Below are positions 30,400 to 40,106 of a stretch of 57,274 nt of DNA, in pieces (within the stretch, counting starts at the first letter, position 1; each line of letters starts with the position of its first letter). The translations under genes and the position numbers were made by a program. Under the pieces are notes generated by a model. It had not been told where the DNA came from and ran no database searches. It saw only the letters and a list, made by a program, of their open reading frames with translations. The stretch comes from Oscillospiraceae bacterium (GTDB lineage: Bacteria > Bacillota > Clostridia > Oscillospirales > Ruminococcaceae): contig JAGAUG010000085.1 in NCBI GenBank assembly GCA_017828935.1, forward strand, positions 1 through 57,274. Reading direction: 5' to 3'.

Positions 30400-32466
30400 A
30401 TGATGTCGACACTTATTATTGTTGAGTCGCCTGTTAAAGCTAAGACAATAAAAAAATATTTAGGTAAGAATTATCAGGTTATTGCGTCAAATGGACATAT
30501 TAGGGACTTACCTAAGTCGACTTTGGGAGTTGATGTTGAGAACGACTTTGAGCCTAAATATATTACGATTAGAGGCAAGGCTGAAATAGTAAAAAAACTT
30601 AAAGATAAACAAAAGAAAAGTACTAAAATTTATTTAGCAACTGACCCTGATAGAGAAGGTGAAGCGATTTCTTGGCACATTGCTAATCTTTTAAAGCTCG
30701 ATATTTCTGAGCCAATTAGAGTTTCTTTTAACGAAATTACAGAGTTTGGTGTAAAGTCTGGGATGAGCAACCCAAGAAAAATAGATATAAATTTAGTCGA
30801 AGCGCAACAAACAAGAAGAATATTTGATAGAATCGTCGGATATAAATTAAGTCCGTTTCTTTGGAAAAAAATAAGAAAAGGACTTTCTGCTGGAAGAGTA
30901 CAGTCTGTTGCTGTTAAGATGATAGTCGAGAGAGAGCGAGAAATTAAAAGCTTTATTCCTGTTGAATATTGGAGTATAAACGCTTTATTGATTTCTAAAA
31001 AATCTAAAAAAGCTTTTGAAGCTGTTTTAAACTCAATCGATAATAAAAAACCGGAAATTTTAAATAAAGATCAGGCTGATCAAATTTTAAATGATATTAA
31101 AGATAGTGACTTTATTGTTGAAAAAATTAAAACCGGTGTTAGAAAAAGTCGACCGTTGCCTCCGTTTACAACTTCGACACTTCAACAAGACGCTTCGAAT
31201 AAATTAGGTTTTAGAGCGGCAAAAACGATGAAAGCTGCTCAAGAGCTTTATGAAGGTCGAGAAGTCGACGGAATCGGAGCAATAGGATTGATTACTTATA
31301 TGAGAACAGACTCTCTAAGAGTCTCGATCGAAGCTCAAAATCAAGCTAGAGACTTCATAAAAGATAAGTTTGGGCCGGAATATATTCCAGAAAAAAATAA
31401 TGTTTATAAATCAAAGTCTTCAGCTCAAGACGCTCACGAAGCGATTAGACCTACAGTCCCATCGATTACGCCGGAAATCGCGAAATCTAGTTTAACTTCT
31501 GATCAATACAAAATTTATAATCTTATTTGGACAAGATTTATGGCTAGTCAAATGTCAGAAGCTTTATATGATACGATGTCTGTTGATATAAAAGTCAAGA
31601 ATAAATATAATTTTAGATCAACAGGAAGAGTTCTTAAGTTCGCTGGATACACTGTAGTTTATAAATCTTCAGAAGATACAGATAAAAATTTACTTCCGAA
31701 GATCGAAGAAGGCGAGATATTAAAAACAAAAGAAGTCGTAGGGAATCAACATTTTACTCAGCCTCCGGCTAGGTTTACAGAAGCTAGCTTAATTAAAAGT
31801 CTAGAAGAAAACGGAATTGGCCGTCCTAGTACGTACGCACCAACTATTTCGACTATTATGCAACGTGAATATATAGTAAGAGAAAGCAAACAACTTGTTC
31901 CGACTGATTTAGGAGAAATTGTTAGCGATTTAATCGATGTTAATTTTAATAATATAATTAATATTAAGTTTACGGCCAAAATGGAAGATGAACTAGATAT
32001 GATAGCGGACGGAAGTCTAAATTGGAAGCAGGCTCTTAGAGTATTTTATGACGATTTTTTAAAGACTTTAGATAAAGCGAATCAAAACGACGACGGTAAG
32101 AAAATTTTAGTACCTAGTGAACAGACTGATATAAAATGTGAACTTTGTGGAAGTCCGATGGCAATCAAAGTTGGAAGATTTGGAAAATTTTTAGCTTGTA
32201 CAAACTTTCCTGAATGTCGAAATACAAAAAAAATCGAAAAAGAAACAAACGGAAAATGTCCGATTTGTGGAGGAAGAATATTAGTTAAGACTTCAAAAAA
32301 CAAAAAAACTTACTATGGTTGTGAAAACTTACCAGAATGTAATTTTATGACTTGGGATTTGCCAGTGAGTGATATTTGTCCTAAGTGTGGAAACACATTG
32401 TTTAAGAAAAAAGGCAAGAAAGAAAAAATATATTGCCTAAAAGAAGGTTGCGGATATTCAAAATAA
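30400..32466 (+). CDS. topA: DNA topoisomerase I
   Basis: TOPRIM N-terminus (LIIVESPVKAKTIKKYLG), active-site region GLITYMRTDS, and three C-terminal CxxC zinc ribbons. Start at ATG 30400 after AGGAGGG. Confidence 0.96.
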   Translation: MMSTLIIVESPVKAKTIKKYLGKNYQVIASNGHIRDLPKSTLGVDVENDFEPKYITIRGKAEIVKKLKDKQKKSTKIYLATDPDREGEAISWHIANLLKLDISEPIRVSFNEITEFGVKSGMSNPRKIDINLVEAQQTRRIFDRIVGYKLSPFLWKKIRKGLSAGRVQSVAVKMIVEREREIKSFIPVEYWSINALLISKKSKKAFEAVLNSIDNKKPEILNKDQADQILNDIKDSDFIVEKIKTGVRKSRPLPPFTTSTLQQDASNKLGFRAAKTMKAAQELYEGREVDGIGAIGLITYMRTDSLRVSIEAQNQARDFIKDKFGPEYIPEKNNVYKSKSSAQDAHEAIRPTVPSITPEIAKSSLTSDQYKIYNLIWTRFMASQMSEALYDTMSVDIKVKNKYNFRSTGRVLKFAGYTVVYKSSEDTDKNLLPKIEEGEILKTKEVVGNQHFTQPPARFTEASLIKSLEENGIGRPSTYAPTISTIMQREYIVRESKQLVPTDLGEIVSDLIDVNFNNIINIKFTAKMEDELDMIADGSLNWKQALRVFYDDFLKTLDKANQNDDGKKILVPSEQTDIKCELCGSPMAIKVGRFGKFLACTNFPECRNTKKIEKETNGKCPICGGRILVKTSKNKKTYYGCENLPECNFMTWDLPVSDICPKCGNTLFKKKGKKEKIYCLKEGCGYSK

Positions 32467-32515
32467 AAAAATTAATATTAATTTTTAAATAATATTAATT
32501 TAAGTTAAGATAGGA

Positions 32516-33859
32516 ATGATAAAAATTAGTCAAGAAAAAGTTTCAGTTATTGGAGCTGGGTTAGCGGGCTGTGAGGCGGCTTGGAGTTTAGCTAATAAAG
32601 AAATAAAAGTAGATCTTTACGAGATGAAGCCTAAAAAATATTCGCCAGCCCACAGTTACCCAGGGTTAGCCGAGCTTATTTGTTCTAACTCTCTAAAGGC
32701 GTCGAGGCTCGAGTCGGCGGCGGGTCTCTTAAAAGAAGAGATGAAATTATTTGATTCGATAGTTATTGAAGCAGCAAATAAAACTCGTGTTGCTGCTGGC
32801 GGGGCTTTAGCTGTTGATAGAGAAAAGTTTTCTGATTATATAACAAATAAAATAAAGTCTCATCCGAACATAAATATTATAAATCAAGAAGTAAAAAAGA
32901 TTCCTGATGGGTATGTAATTATTGCTTCTGGGCCGCTAACTTCTAAAGCGTTGTCTGACGAAATTTCAAAAAAATTAAATAAAAATTATTTAAATTTTGT
33001 CGACGCCGTGGCGCCTATAGTTTTATCCGAATCGATCGATATGTCAAAAGTTTTTATGGCAGCTAGATATGACAGGGGAGAACCAGATTATATAAACTGT
33101 CCGATGGACGAAAATCAGTATAAAAATTTTTATAACGAACTTGTTTCGGCTCAAACTGTTGTTTTAAAAGATTTTGAAAAACAAAAGGTCTATGAGGGGT
33201 GTATGCCAGTCGAAGTTATGGCCAAAAGAGGATATGATACACTAAGATTTGGGCCTCTTAAGCCGGTTGGATTAATAGATCCAGTTACTAAAAAAAGACC
33301 GTTTGCTGTTGTTCAACTAAGATGTGAAAATATTGGTCAGGTTTTATATAATCTAGTAGGATTCCAAACGAATTTAAAATTTAGCGAACAAAAAAGAGTG
33401 TTTTCGCTGATTCCAGGTCTTGAAAGAGCTGAGTTTATTAGATACGGAGTGATGCATCTTAATACTTTTATTGATAGTCCGAGAGTTTTAGATAAATATT
33501 TGAGATTAAGATCAGATAATAAAATTTTTTTTGCTGGACAAATAACAGGAGTAGAAGGCTATACAGAGTCGGCTTCTTGTGGGATCTTTACGGCCTTAAA
33601 TTTATTTCGAGTAATAAAAAACAAGTCTTTGTTAGAGTTGCCCGAGACTACAATGATGGGGTCGCTATATAATTATATATCGAATCCTGATATTAAAGAT
33701 TTTCAGCCTATGGGAGCTAATATGGGAATCTTACCAGAATTAAATCTTGATAAAAATATTTATAAAAATATTCTAAAAGATAAACAAAAAAAATATTTTG
33801 AATACTCAAAAAGATCTATCGAAGATTTAAAAAAATTTTTAAAAGATTTTGAAAACTAA
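32516..33859 (+). CDS. trmFO: Folate/FAD-dependent tRNA (uracil54-C5)-methyltransferase TrmFO
   Basis: FAD motif VIGAGLAGCEAAW, about 440 aa, and the conserved dprA-topA-trmFO order of Bacillota. Confidence 0.92.
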   Translation: MIKISQEKVSVIGAGLAGCEAAWSLANKEIKVDLYEMKPKKYSPAHSYPGLAELICSNSLKASRLESAAGLLKEEMKLFDSIVIEAANKTRVAAGGALAVDREKFSDYITNKIKSHPNINIINQEVKKIPDGYVIIASGPLTSKALSDEISKKLNKNYLNFVDAVAPIVLSESIDMSKVFMAARYDRGEPDYINCPMDENQYKNFYNELVSAQTVVLKDFEKQKVYEGCMPVEVMAKRGYDTLRFGPLKPVGLIDPVTKKRPFAVVQLRCENIGQVLYNLVGFQTNLKFSEQKRVFSLIPGLERAEFIRYGVMHLNTFIDSPRVLDKYLRLRSDNKIFFAGQITGVEGYTESASCGIFTALNLFRVIKNKSLLELPETTMMGSLYNYISNPDIKDFQPMGANMGILPELNLDKNIYKNILKDKQKKYFEYSKRSIEDLKKFLKDFEN

Positions 33860-33875
33860 AAATTAAAATAAAAAA

Positions 33876-33917
33876 TCTTGATTTAAAAAATTAAATTTTT
33901 AATTTTTTAAATCAAGA
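33876..33917. terminator. AT-rich 17-bp perfect hairpin after trmFO
   Basis: tcttgatttaaaaaatt / aattttttaaatcaaga with an 8-nt loop. There is no clean T-tract on the + strand, so terminator function is uncertain. Confidence 0.35.
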
Positions 33918-33958
33918 AATATAAACAAAAATATTTTTATTTGGAGGCGAGCTAAAGT

Positions 33959-34984
33959 TTGAAGATAATTGTTGATGGTTTTGGAGGAGATAGAGCTCCA
34001 ATTGATATTTTAAAAGGCTGTGCAAAAGCGGTTGAAGAATATTATAATAAATATCACGTTGATATTATTGTTACCGGTAACGAGAAAATTATTCAAGAAG
34101 AAGCAAAAAAAAATAATATAAATTTAGATCATATAAAAATTATAAATGCGCCGTCTATCTTACCGGTTTGCGAAGATCCGACTCAGATTTTAAAAAAATA
34201 TTCTGATTCGAGTATGGCTGTTGGACTTTCGTTGCTTTCAAAAGGCGAAGGTGACGCTTTTATTAGCGCTGGTAGTACCGGAGGCCTTATCGTTGGCTCG
34301 TCTTTAATCGTCAAGAGAATAAAAAATATAAAACGAGCAGCTTTAGCAACTATAATTCCTACGAATAAAAACGCTTATATGTTAATAGATTCCGGAGCTA
34401 ATCACGATTGTAGACCAGAGATGTTGGCGCAATTCGCTTTGATGGGATCTGTATATATGAATAAAGTTTTAAATATTAATAACCCAAGAGTCGGGTTACT
34501 TAATATCGGAACTGAAGAAAATAAAGGAACTCAGACTCAACGAGAGGCTTATAATATTTTAAAAGACTCTAGTCTTAATTTTGTTGGAAATATCGAAGCT
34601 AGAGAAATTCCGTTTAATATTGCTGATGTTGTCGTTTCAGACGGCTTTGTTGGTAATATAGTTTTGAAATATACAGAGGGAATCGCTAAATTTTTTATGT
34701 CAGAAATAAAAAATATTATTAATAAAAATATTTTGACTAAATTAGCTGGTTCGGTTATTTATGGCGGTCTTAAGAGTTTTAAAAATAAATTAGATTATAC
34801 AGAGTACGGCGGAGCAATCTTGCTCGGAATCAAAAAACCTGTTATAAAAGCTCACGGAAGTTCTAACGATAAAGCTATTAAAAACGCCATCAAGCAGGCA
34901 ATTAAAATAGTTCAAAACAAAACTGTTCAAGAAATTAGCCAGGGTTTAGATCAATATAATTTAAAAAATAATTTAGAAAAATAA
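33959..34984 (+). CDS. plsX: Phosphate acyltransferase PlsX
   Basis: TTG start. MKIIVDGFGGDRAP N-terminus and FVGNIEAREI...DGFVGNIVLK motifs. Confidence 0.93.
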   Translation: MKIIVDGFGGDRAPIDILKGCAKAVEEYYNKYHVDIIVTGNEKIIQEEAKKNNINLDHIKIINAPSILPVCEDPTQILKKYSDSSMAVGLSLLSKGEGDAFISAGSTGGLIVGSSLIVKRIKNIKRAALATIIPTNKNAYMLIDSGANHDCRPEMLAQFALMGSVYMNKVLNINNPRVGLLNIGTEENKGTQTQREAYNILKDSSLNFVGNIEAREIPFNIADVVVSDGFVGNIVLKYTEGIAKFFMSEIKNIINKNILTKLAGSVIYGGLKSFKNKLDYTEYGGAILLGIKKPVIKAHGSSNDKAIKNAIKQAIKIVQNKTVQEISQGLDQYNLKNNLEK

Positions 34985-35008
34985 TTAGATAAAGAGGCGA
35001 AAATACAA

Positions 35009-35740
35009 GTGAATAAAAATTTAAGTAATATAAATTGTTTTAAAAATATAGATCAGTTACAAGATAATATAAATTATAAATTTAAAAATATTAATTATTT
35101 AAAAACGGCTTTAGCTCACACTTCTTTTGTTAACGAAAATAAAAAATTCAAATTACAAAGTAATGAAAGACAAGAATTTTTGGGTGATTCAGTTTTGTCT
35201 CTAATCGTTTCGGATTATTTATTTAAAAATTATTCCCACTTACCAGAAGGTAAGTTAACAAAGCTTCGGGCGTCGCTTGTTTGTGAAAATACTTTGAGTA
35301 AATTCGCTAGCGAGATTTCTTTGGGAAATTTTTTAGTTTTAGGTAACGGCGAAAGCGGTGCGGGAGGAAAAAACAAGCCGTCTATTTTAGCTGACGCGTT
35401 CGAAGCTCTAATCGCAGCTATCTATCTTGATTCTAGTTTTGATTCAGCGTCCGAGTTTGTACTTAAATTTATAAAAAATTATTTGAACCAAAAAGAACAG
35501 AATTTTTTTATTGATTATAAAACAGTATTACAAGAGATAGTACAAAAAAATCCTGACGAGACAATAACTTATCGTCTCGTCAGCGAAACTGGTCCAGACC
35601 ATGATAAACAATTTACGATACAGCTTTTAATAAACCAAAATGTTATTAGTAAGGGCGTCGCGAAGAGTAAAAAAAACGCAGAGCAACTAGCAGCAAAAGA
35701 AGCGCTAAGCATGATGGGAATAAAAAAGATTCAAAATTAA
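35009..35740 (+). CDS. rnc: Ribonuclease III
   Basis: GTG start. RNase III signature ERQEFLGDSVL and a C-terminal dsRBD (GPDHDKQF...AEQLAAKEAL). Confidence 0.93.
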   Translation: MNKNLSNINCFKNIDQLQDNINYKFKNINYLKTALAHTSFVNENKKFKLQSNERQEFLGDSVLSLIVSDYLFKNYSHLPEGKLTKLRASLVCENTLSKFASEISLGNFLVLGNGESGAGGKNKPSILADAFEALIAAIYLDSSFDSASEFVLKFIKNYLNQKEQNFFIDYKTVLQEIVQKNPDETITYRLVSETGPDHDKQFTIQLLINQNVISKGVAKSKKNAEQLAAKEALSMMGIKKIQN

Positions 35741-35749
35741 ATTTTAGTT

Positions 35750-36451
35750 TTAAATATAATTATACAAAAATTTAATATAAGGATTAGAATAAAATTCTTT
35801 TTTTAAATTAGAAGAGATCCAATGGCCAGGATATATTTTAATTTTATCTATATCTATATTCATATCTATATTCATATCTATATCTTTGTTTTGAAAAATA
35901 AATAATTTATATATTTTTTTTATAGAATCTTCGAGTTTTTTTTGGTCGCCTCCGGGTAAGTCAGTTCGTCCGACGCTATCTTTAAATAAAGTGTCGCCTG
36001 TTAATAAAATATTATTATTTATTAAATAACAAACGCTTCCGGGAGTGTGGCCAGGAGCTGATATAGATTCTATAATTATATCATCTATTTTTAAAATCAT
36101 ATTGTCTTTTATAATTACATCGCTTTGAATTGGCTTTTGAGTGTAGTTTCCAAATACGCTAGCGAGACTTTTTTGGCCGTCAATAAGACAGTCTTTATCT
36201 TCGTCAGATATAAAAATTTTTATTTCAGGGTAAGATTCTTTTAGTTTGGGAACAGCTCCGATGTGATCATAGTGACCGTGAGTTAAAAAAATATGAGAGG
36301 GCGAAAGCTTATTTTGAATAATATAATTATTAATTTTATCAAAATCAGAACCTGGGTCAAAAATTAAACAATTGTTTTTATCAGTCGATATTATATAGCA
36401 ATTTGTTTTTAAATCGCCTACTGTAATTCTTTTTATTAACAATTTTAACAT
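35750..36451 (-). CDS. MBL-fold metallo-hydrolase (glyoxalase II-like)
   Basis: THGHYDHIG motif (HxHxDH), then GHTPGS and GDTLF..SVGRTDL. It carries a small DMNIDMNIDID insertion. Confidence 0.85.
   Translation of the reverse strand: MLKLLIKRITVGDLKTNCYIISTDKNNCLIFDPGSDFDKINNYIIQNKLSPSHIFLTHGHYDHIGAVPKLKESYPEIKIFISDEDKDCLIDGQKSLASVFGNYTQKPIQSDVIIKDNMILKIDDIIIESISAPGHTPGSVCYLINNNILLTGDTLFKDSVGRTDLPGGDQKKLEDSIKKIYKLFIFQNKDIDMNIDMNIDIDKIKIYPGHWISSNLKKEFYSNPYIKFLYNYI
35846..35886. repeat. 12-bp tandem repeat inside the MBL hydrolase gene
   Basis: The unit atatctatattc iterates about 3 times. On the minus strand it encodes DMNIDMNIDID, in frame. Confidence 0.7.
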
Positions 36452-36552
36452 CTTCTTTCTTAAAAAAATAAATAATAATATTATTATATATTATAAAATT
36501 AATTTTGACTAGATAGAATTTAATAAAAATTAAAAATTTTGGAGATAAAATA

Positions 36553-36957
36553 ATGAAAGATTTTTTAGAATTATATGAAATAGCAAGAAACTCTGTTAGT
36601 CCGAAAAGACTTAGTGAGTTTGCTATTTGTGGAAGCGTCGGAGCGGCTCTTGTAACAAACAAAAATAATGTTTATATTGGAGTTTGTATCGATGCTGCTT
36701 GTGGAATCGGGTTTTGTGCTGAGCACAGTGCTATAGCTGCGATGATAACAGCAGGAGAGAGCCAGATACTTAAAATAATCGCGGTCGGTGAAGACGGAAA
36801 TATTATGCCGCCTTGTGGTCGTTGTAGAGAACTTATTAGTCAAGTTAATATAAAAAATTCAGAGACACAGGTTATGGTGTCAAAAAATAAAATAATGACA
36901 ATAAAAGAACTGTTACCAGACGATTTTAAAACTTACTGTCCGATTAGATATATATAA
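36553..36957 (+). CDS. Cytidine/deoxycytidylate deaminase family protein (Cdd or blasticidin-S-deaminase-like)
   Basis: Zinc ligands CAEHSAI and PCGRCRE at the spacing typical of the tetrameric Cdd/BSD class. 134 aa. Confidence 0.75.
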   Translation: MKDFLELYEIARNSVSPKRLSEFAICGSVGAALVTNKNNVYIGVCIDAACGIGFCAEHSAIAAMITAGESQILKIIAVGEDGNIMPPCGRCRELISQVNIKNSETQVMVSKNKIMTIKELLPDDFKTYCPIRYI

Positions 36958-36972
36958 TTTTAGGAGATTCAG

Positions 36973-38637
36973 ATGTTAAGAGAACTTTATATCGAAAATA
37001 TCGCTATTATAAAAAAATTATCGATTGATTTTCACGAAAATTTGACGATTTTTACAGGTGAAACTGGCGCTGGAAAGTCTATTATAATCGACGCGATTAA
37101 TCTAATAATTGGAAGTAGGGGCTCTAAGAGCCTAATAAGAACAGGAGAAAAATCGTGTTTTGTTTCGGCGATCTTTCAAGATATTTCAGCAGAGCTTGTT
37201 CAAAAACTAAGAGACTTAAATTATAATATTAATCAACAAGACGATTTATTAATTAGTCGCGAGTTTGTTGAAGACTCTAAAAATATTTGTCGGATCAATT
37301 CTAGGCCGTGTACAGTTTCAATCTTGAGAGAAATAGCTGATTATTTAATTAATATCCACGGTCAATATGATAACAAATCGCTTTTTGATATTAATACTCA
37401 AAGATATTTAATAGACAAGTATTCTAATAACGACGAAATTTTAGATTTATATAAAACAGAATTTTTAAGTTATCAAAAATTAAAAAAAGAATTTGAAAAA
37501 TTTAATCAAGATGAGGCAACTAAGAAGAGACAGCTTGATATTTTAGAATATCAAATAAACGAAATTAAAAATTCAAAACAGATTCTTGAAAAAGAACAAG
37601 AGCTGATTAATAAAAAGCAATATATAAAAAATCATAAAATAATTAAAGATAGTTTAAGCGAAGCGATTTTAATTCTTGATGGAAACGAAAATTCGTCAGG
37701 TCTTAATGTATTGCTAAGTAAATTAGAAAAGTGTTTAATAAGATGTGAAAATCTAAATTTAGATAAAATAAAAAATATTATAAATACTGTTCAAGATATA
37801 AAATATAATATTTCGGATTTTTCGTATGAACTCTCTTCTTTAATTTCTGATATTGATTTTAGCGAAAACGACATTAACGAAATAGAATCACAGCTAGATA
37901 TTATTTATAAATTAAAACAAAAATACGGAAGTAGCTGTGAAGAGATACTAGATTTTTATAATAATATTTGCTTAGAATTCGAACAAATAAAAATGTCAGA
38001 CGAAAATAAAGAAATTTTTAAAAAACAAATAGATGATAAATATAATATTTTAAATAAACTAGCTGAGAAGATTTCAAAAAGCCGGAAACAAGCTTCTGAA
38101 AAATTTGTTGAAGAAACAAAAGTTTATTTAAAAGAATTAGATCTTAAAAATATAGATATTATTGTTGATATAAAAAATACAGAAATTAATATTTTTGGAA
38201 AAGATAGATTAGAATTTTTAATAAAAACAAATATAGGAGAAACTTTTAAGTCGCTTTCAAAAATAGCGTCTGGAGGGGAAGTTGCGAGAGTGATGCTCGC
38301 AATAAAAAACGTTTTATCTGACAACGATTTTGTTGGTACTGTTATATTTGACGAGATCGATATCGGCGTCAGCGGTAATACAGCTTATAATATAGGCAAG
38401 AACTTAAAAAAACTGTCGGATAAAAAACAAGTTATTTCGATTACTCATTCCGCTCAAGTCGCTTCTTTTGCTGATAAACACTTGTTTATAAAAAAATCGA
38501 TTTTTAATTCTCAAACGTTTACAGAAATAAAAGATCTTAATTACGAAGAAAGAAAATATGAGCTCGCTAGGATCTTAGGGGGTGCTCAGATAACAGATAT
38601 TACTTTAAAGAGTGCTCAAGAGCTATTAGATTTTTAA
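36973..38637 (+). CDS. recN: DNA repair protein RecN
   Basis: SMC-like protein with Walker A GETGAGKSI, a long coiled coil, signature ASGGE, and Walker B VIFDEIDIGVSG. Confidence 0.93.
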   Translation: MLRELYIENIAIIKKLSIDFHENLTIFTGETGAGKSIIIDAINLIIGSRGSKSLIRTGEKSCFVSAIFQDISAELVQKLRDLNYNINQQDDLLISREFVEDSKNICRINSRPCTVSILREIADYLINIHGQYDNKSLFDINTQRYLIDKYSNNDEILDLYKTEFLSYQKLKKEFEKFNQDEATKKRQLDILEYQINEIKNSKQILEKEQELINKKQYIKNHKIIKDSLSEAILILDGNENSSGLNVLLSKLEKCLIRCENLNLDKIKNIINTVQDIKYNISDFSYELSSLISDIDFSENDINEIESQLDIIYKLKQKYGSSCEEILDFYNNICLEFEQIKMSDENKEIFKKQIDDKYNILNKLAEKISKSRKQASEKFVEETKVYLKELDLKNIDIIVDIKNTEINIFGKDRLEFLIKTNIGETFKSLSKIASGGEVARVMLAIKNVLSDNDFVGTVIFDEIDIGVSGNTAYNIGKNLKKLSDKKQVISITHSAQVASFADKHLFIKKSIFNSQTFTEIKDLNYEERKYELARILGGAQITDITLKSAQELLDF

Positions 38638-38678
38638 ATTTTTGAGTTGTATAAAAATTTTGGAGGTTTGTTTAATTA

Positions 38679-39863
38679 ATGAACAGAAAGGTTTCAGTTG
38701 GAATTTTAATAGCAATAGTATGTATTACTTGCGCAATGACGATGAGTATTACTACTATTGTGTCACGAAGAATGTTTAACAAAAAAGTACATAATATTAG
38801 TCAATTAGAAACAATGTATAATAAAATAGCGGAAATAGACAAGACGATTAGAAAAAATTATATCGAAGATATTGACGACGATTATTTGTTGGACAGTCTA
38901 GCAAGAGGTTTTATCTTTGGAATCAAAGACGACAAAAATGGAAAGTATATTACGGCTAAAAAATATAAAGAAATTAGAGATATCGAAAACGGAAAGCTTG
39001 TTGGAATTGGTGTTATTGCTGAAAAAGACGTTTCAGGATATATGAAAATTATTGATATTTATGACGAAAGCTTAAAAAATAAAATAAAAAAATCGGATCT
39101 TATAATAAAAATAAACGATATAGATGTTTCTTCTGAAAACTATGAAGAGTGTGAATCGATGATTATTGGTGAACCAGGAACTACTGTTAATTTAGTTGTA
39201 AGACATGGTAAAGAAGATATTGAGTTAGAAATAGTTAGAAACTATTCTGAAATTAAAATGCTTACATATAGACAGTTTGGAAATATTGGATATATAAAAA
39301 TAGTAGGATTTAACGACTCTACTGTTTCTCAGTTTAATAAAGCTATTAGAAAGCTTTTAAGAAATAAAGTCAAGGGAATAGTATTTGATTTAAGAAACAA
39401 TCCTGGAGGGACTTTAAAATCAGTTTGTGCTATTTTAGAACCTATGTTGCCGAGAGAGCAATTTGTTATGATGACTTTAAAAGACGGGTCGACAAAAAAA
39501 TTAAATTACAGAGGAACGAATAAAATAAAAATTCCGTTGGTAACAATTATCAATCAAAAATCAGCGAGTGCAGCAGAGTTGTTTGCTCAGGCTTTAAAAG
39601 ATTATAACAGAACTAAAATAGTTGGAGTTAATTCTTTTGGAAAGGGGACAATGCAACATATTTTTGAGCTTAGAGATGGATCGGCGTTGAATTTAACATT
39701 TGCAAAGTTTAAAACTTTAAAGAGTCCTAATTTTGATGGAGTAGGTGTAAAGCCGGATTTTGAAATTAGACTAAGTTCTGAGCAAGAAGCTTCTTTTGAA
39801 TTATTAAACGAAAGAACAGATCCTCAATTAAAAAAAAGCTTAGAGCTTTTAAAAACAAAATAA
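38679..39863 (+). CDS. S41-family carboxy-terminal processing peptidase
   Basis: N-terminal membrane anchor, PDZ region, DLRNNPGGTL, catalytic SASAAE, and a downstream GKGT motif. Confidence 0.88.
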   Translation: MNRKVSVGILIAIVCITCAMTMSITTIVSRRMFNKKVHNISQLETMYNKIAEIDKTIRKNYIEDIDDDYLLDSLARGFIFGIKDDKNGKYITAKKYKEIRDIENGKLVGIGVIAEKDVSGYMKIIDIYDESLKNKIKKSDLIIKINDIDVSSENYEECESMIIGEPGTTVNLVVRHGKEDIELEIVRNYSEIKMLTYRQFGNIGYIKIVGFNDSTVSQFNKAIRKLLRNKVKGIVFDLRNNPGGTLKSVCAILEPMLPREQFVMMTLKDGSTKKLNYRGTNKIKIPLVTIINQKSASAAELFAQALKDYNRTKIVGVNSFGKGTMQHIFELRDGSALNLTFAKFKTLKSPNFDGVGVKPDFEIRLSSEQEASFELLNERTDPQLKKSLELLKTK

Positions 39864-39894
39864 AGTTTGAAATAAAATTTTAGAAAAATTATTT

Positions 39895-39995
39895 GGTTCT
39901 TTGTCAAGAGTTTGGGTGGAAAATCCTGTAAATAGTTTTATATAGTTTTTATATAGATAGTATAAGTTTTTTATACTATCTCTTTTTTTGGATTT
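39895..39995 (-). mobile_element. Remnant of the right end of an ISL3-like element (solo terminal repeat plus sub-terminal hairpin)
   Basis: 39895-39935 is the reverse complement of 148-188 (40/41 identical). The next 60 nt keep the same architecture as the intact copy (tagtttt spacer, hairpin, homopolymer run) but with diverged sequence. No transposase ORF follows. Confidence 0.65.
39955..39989 (+). terminator. Intrinsic terminator for the S41 peptidase gene, supplied by the IS remnant
   Basis: agatagtata / tatactatct (10-bp perfect stem, 7-nt loop) followed by c + T7. Confidence 0.7.
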
Positions 39996-40034
39996 TAAAT
40001 CTAAAAATTTACTAAAATTTTTTTATAAAAACAC

Positions 40035-40063
40035 TTGACATATAATAAAAAATATATTATAAT
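40035..40063 (+). promoter_or_regulatory. Promoter of the GLUG-repeat protein gene
   Basis: TTGACA, 17-nt spacer, TATAAT (perfect consensus). AGGAGG Shine-Dalgarno at 40093-40098. Confidence 0.55.
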
Positions 40064-40106
40064 ATAATAAAAAACATATTTTTTGTTTTATTAGGAGGAA
40101 ATTTTT

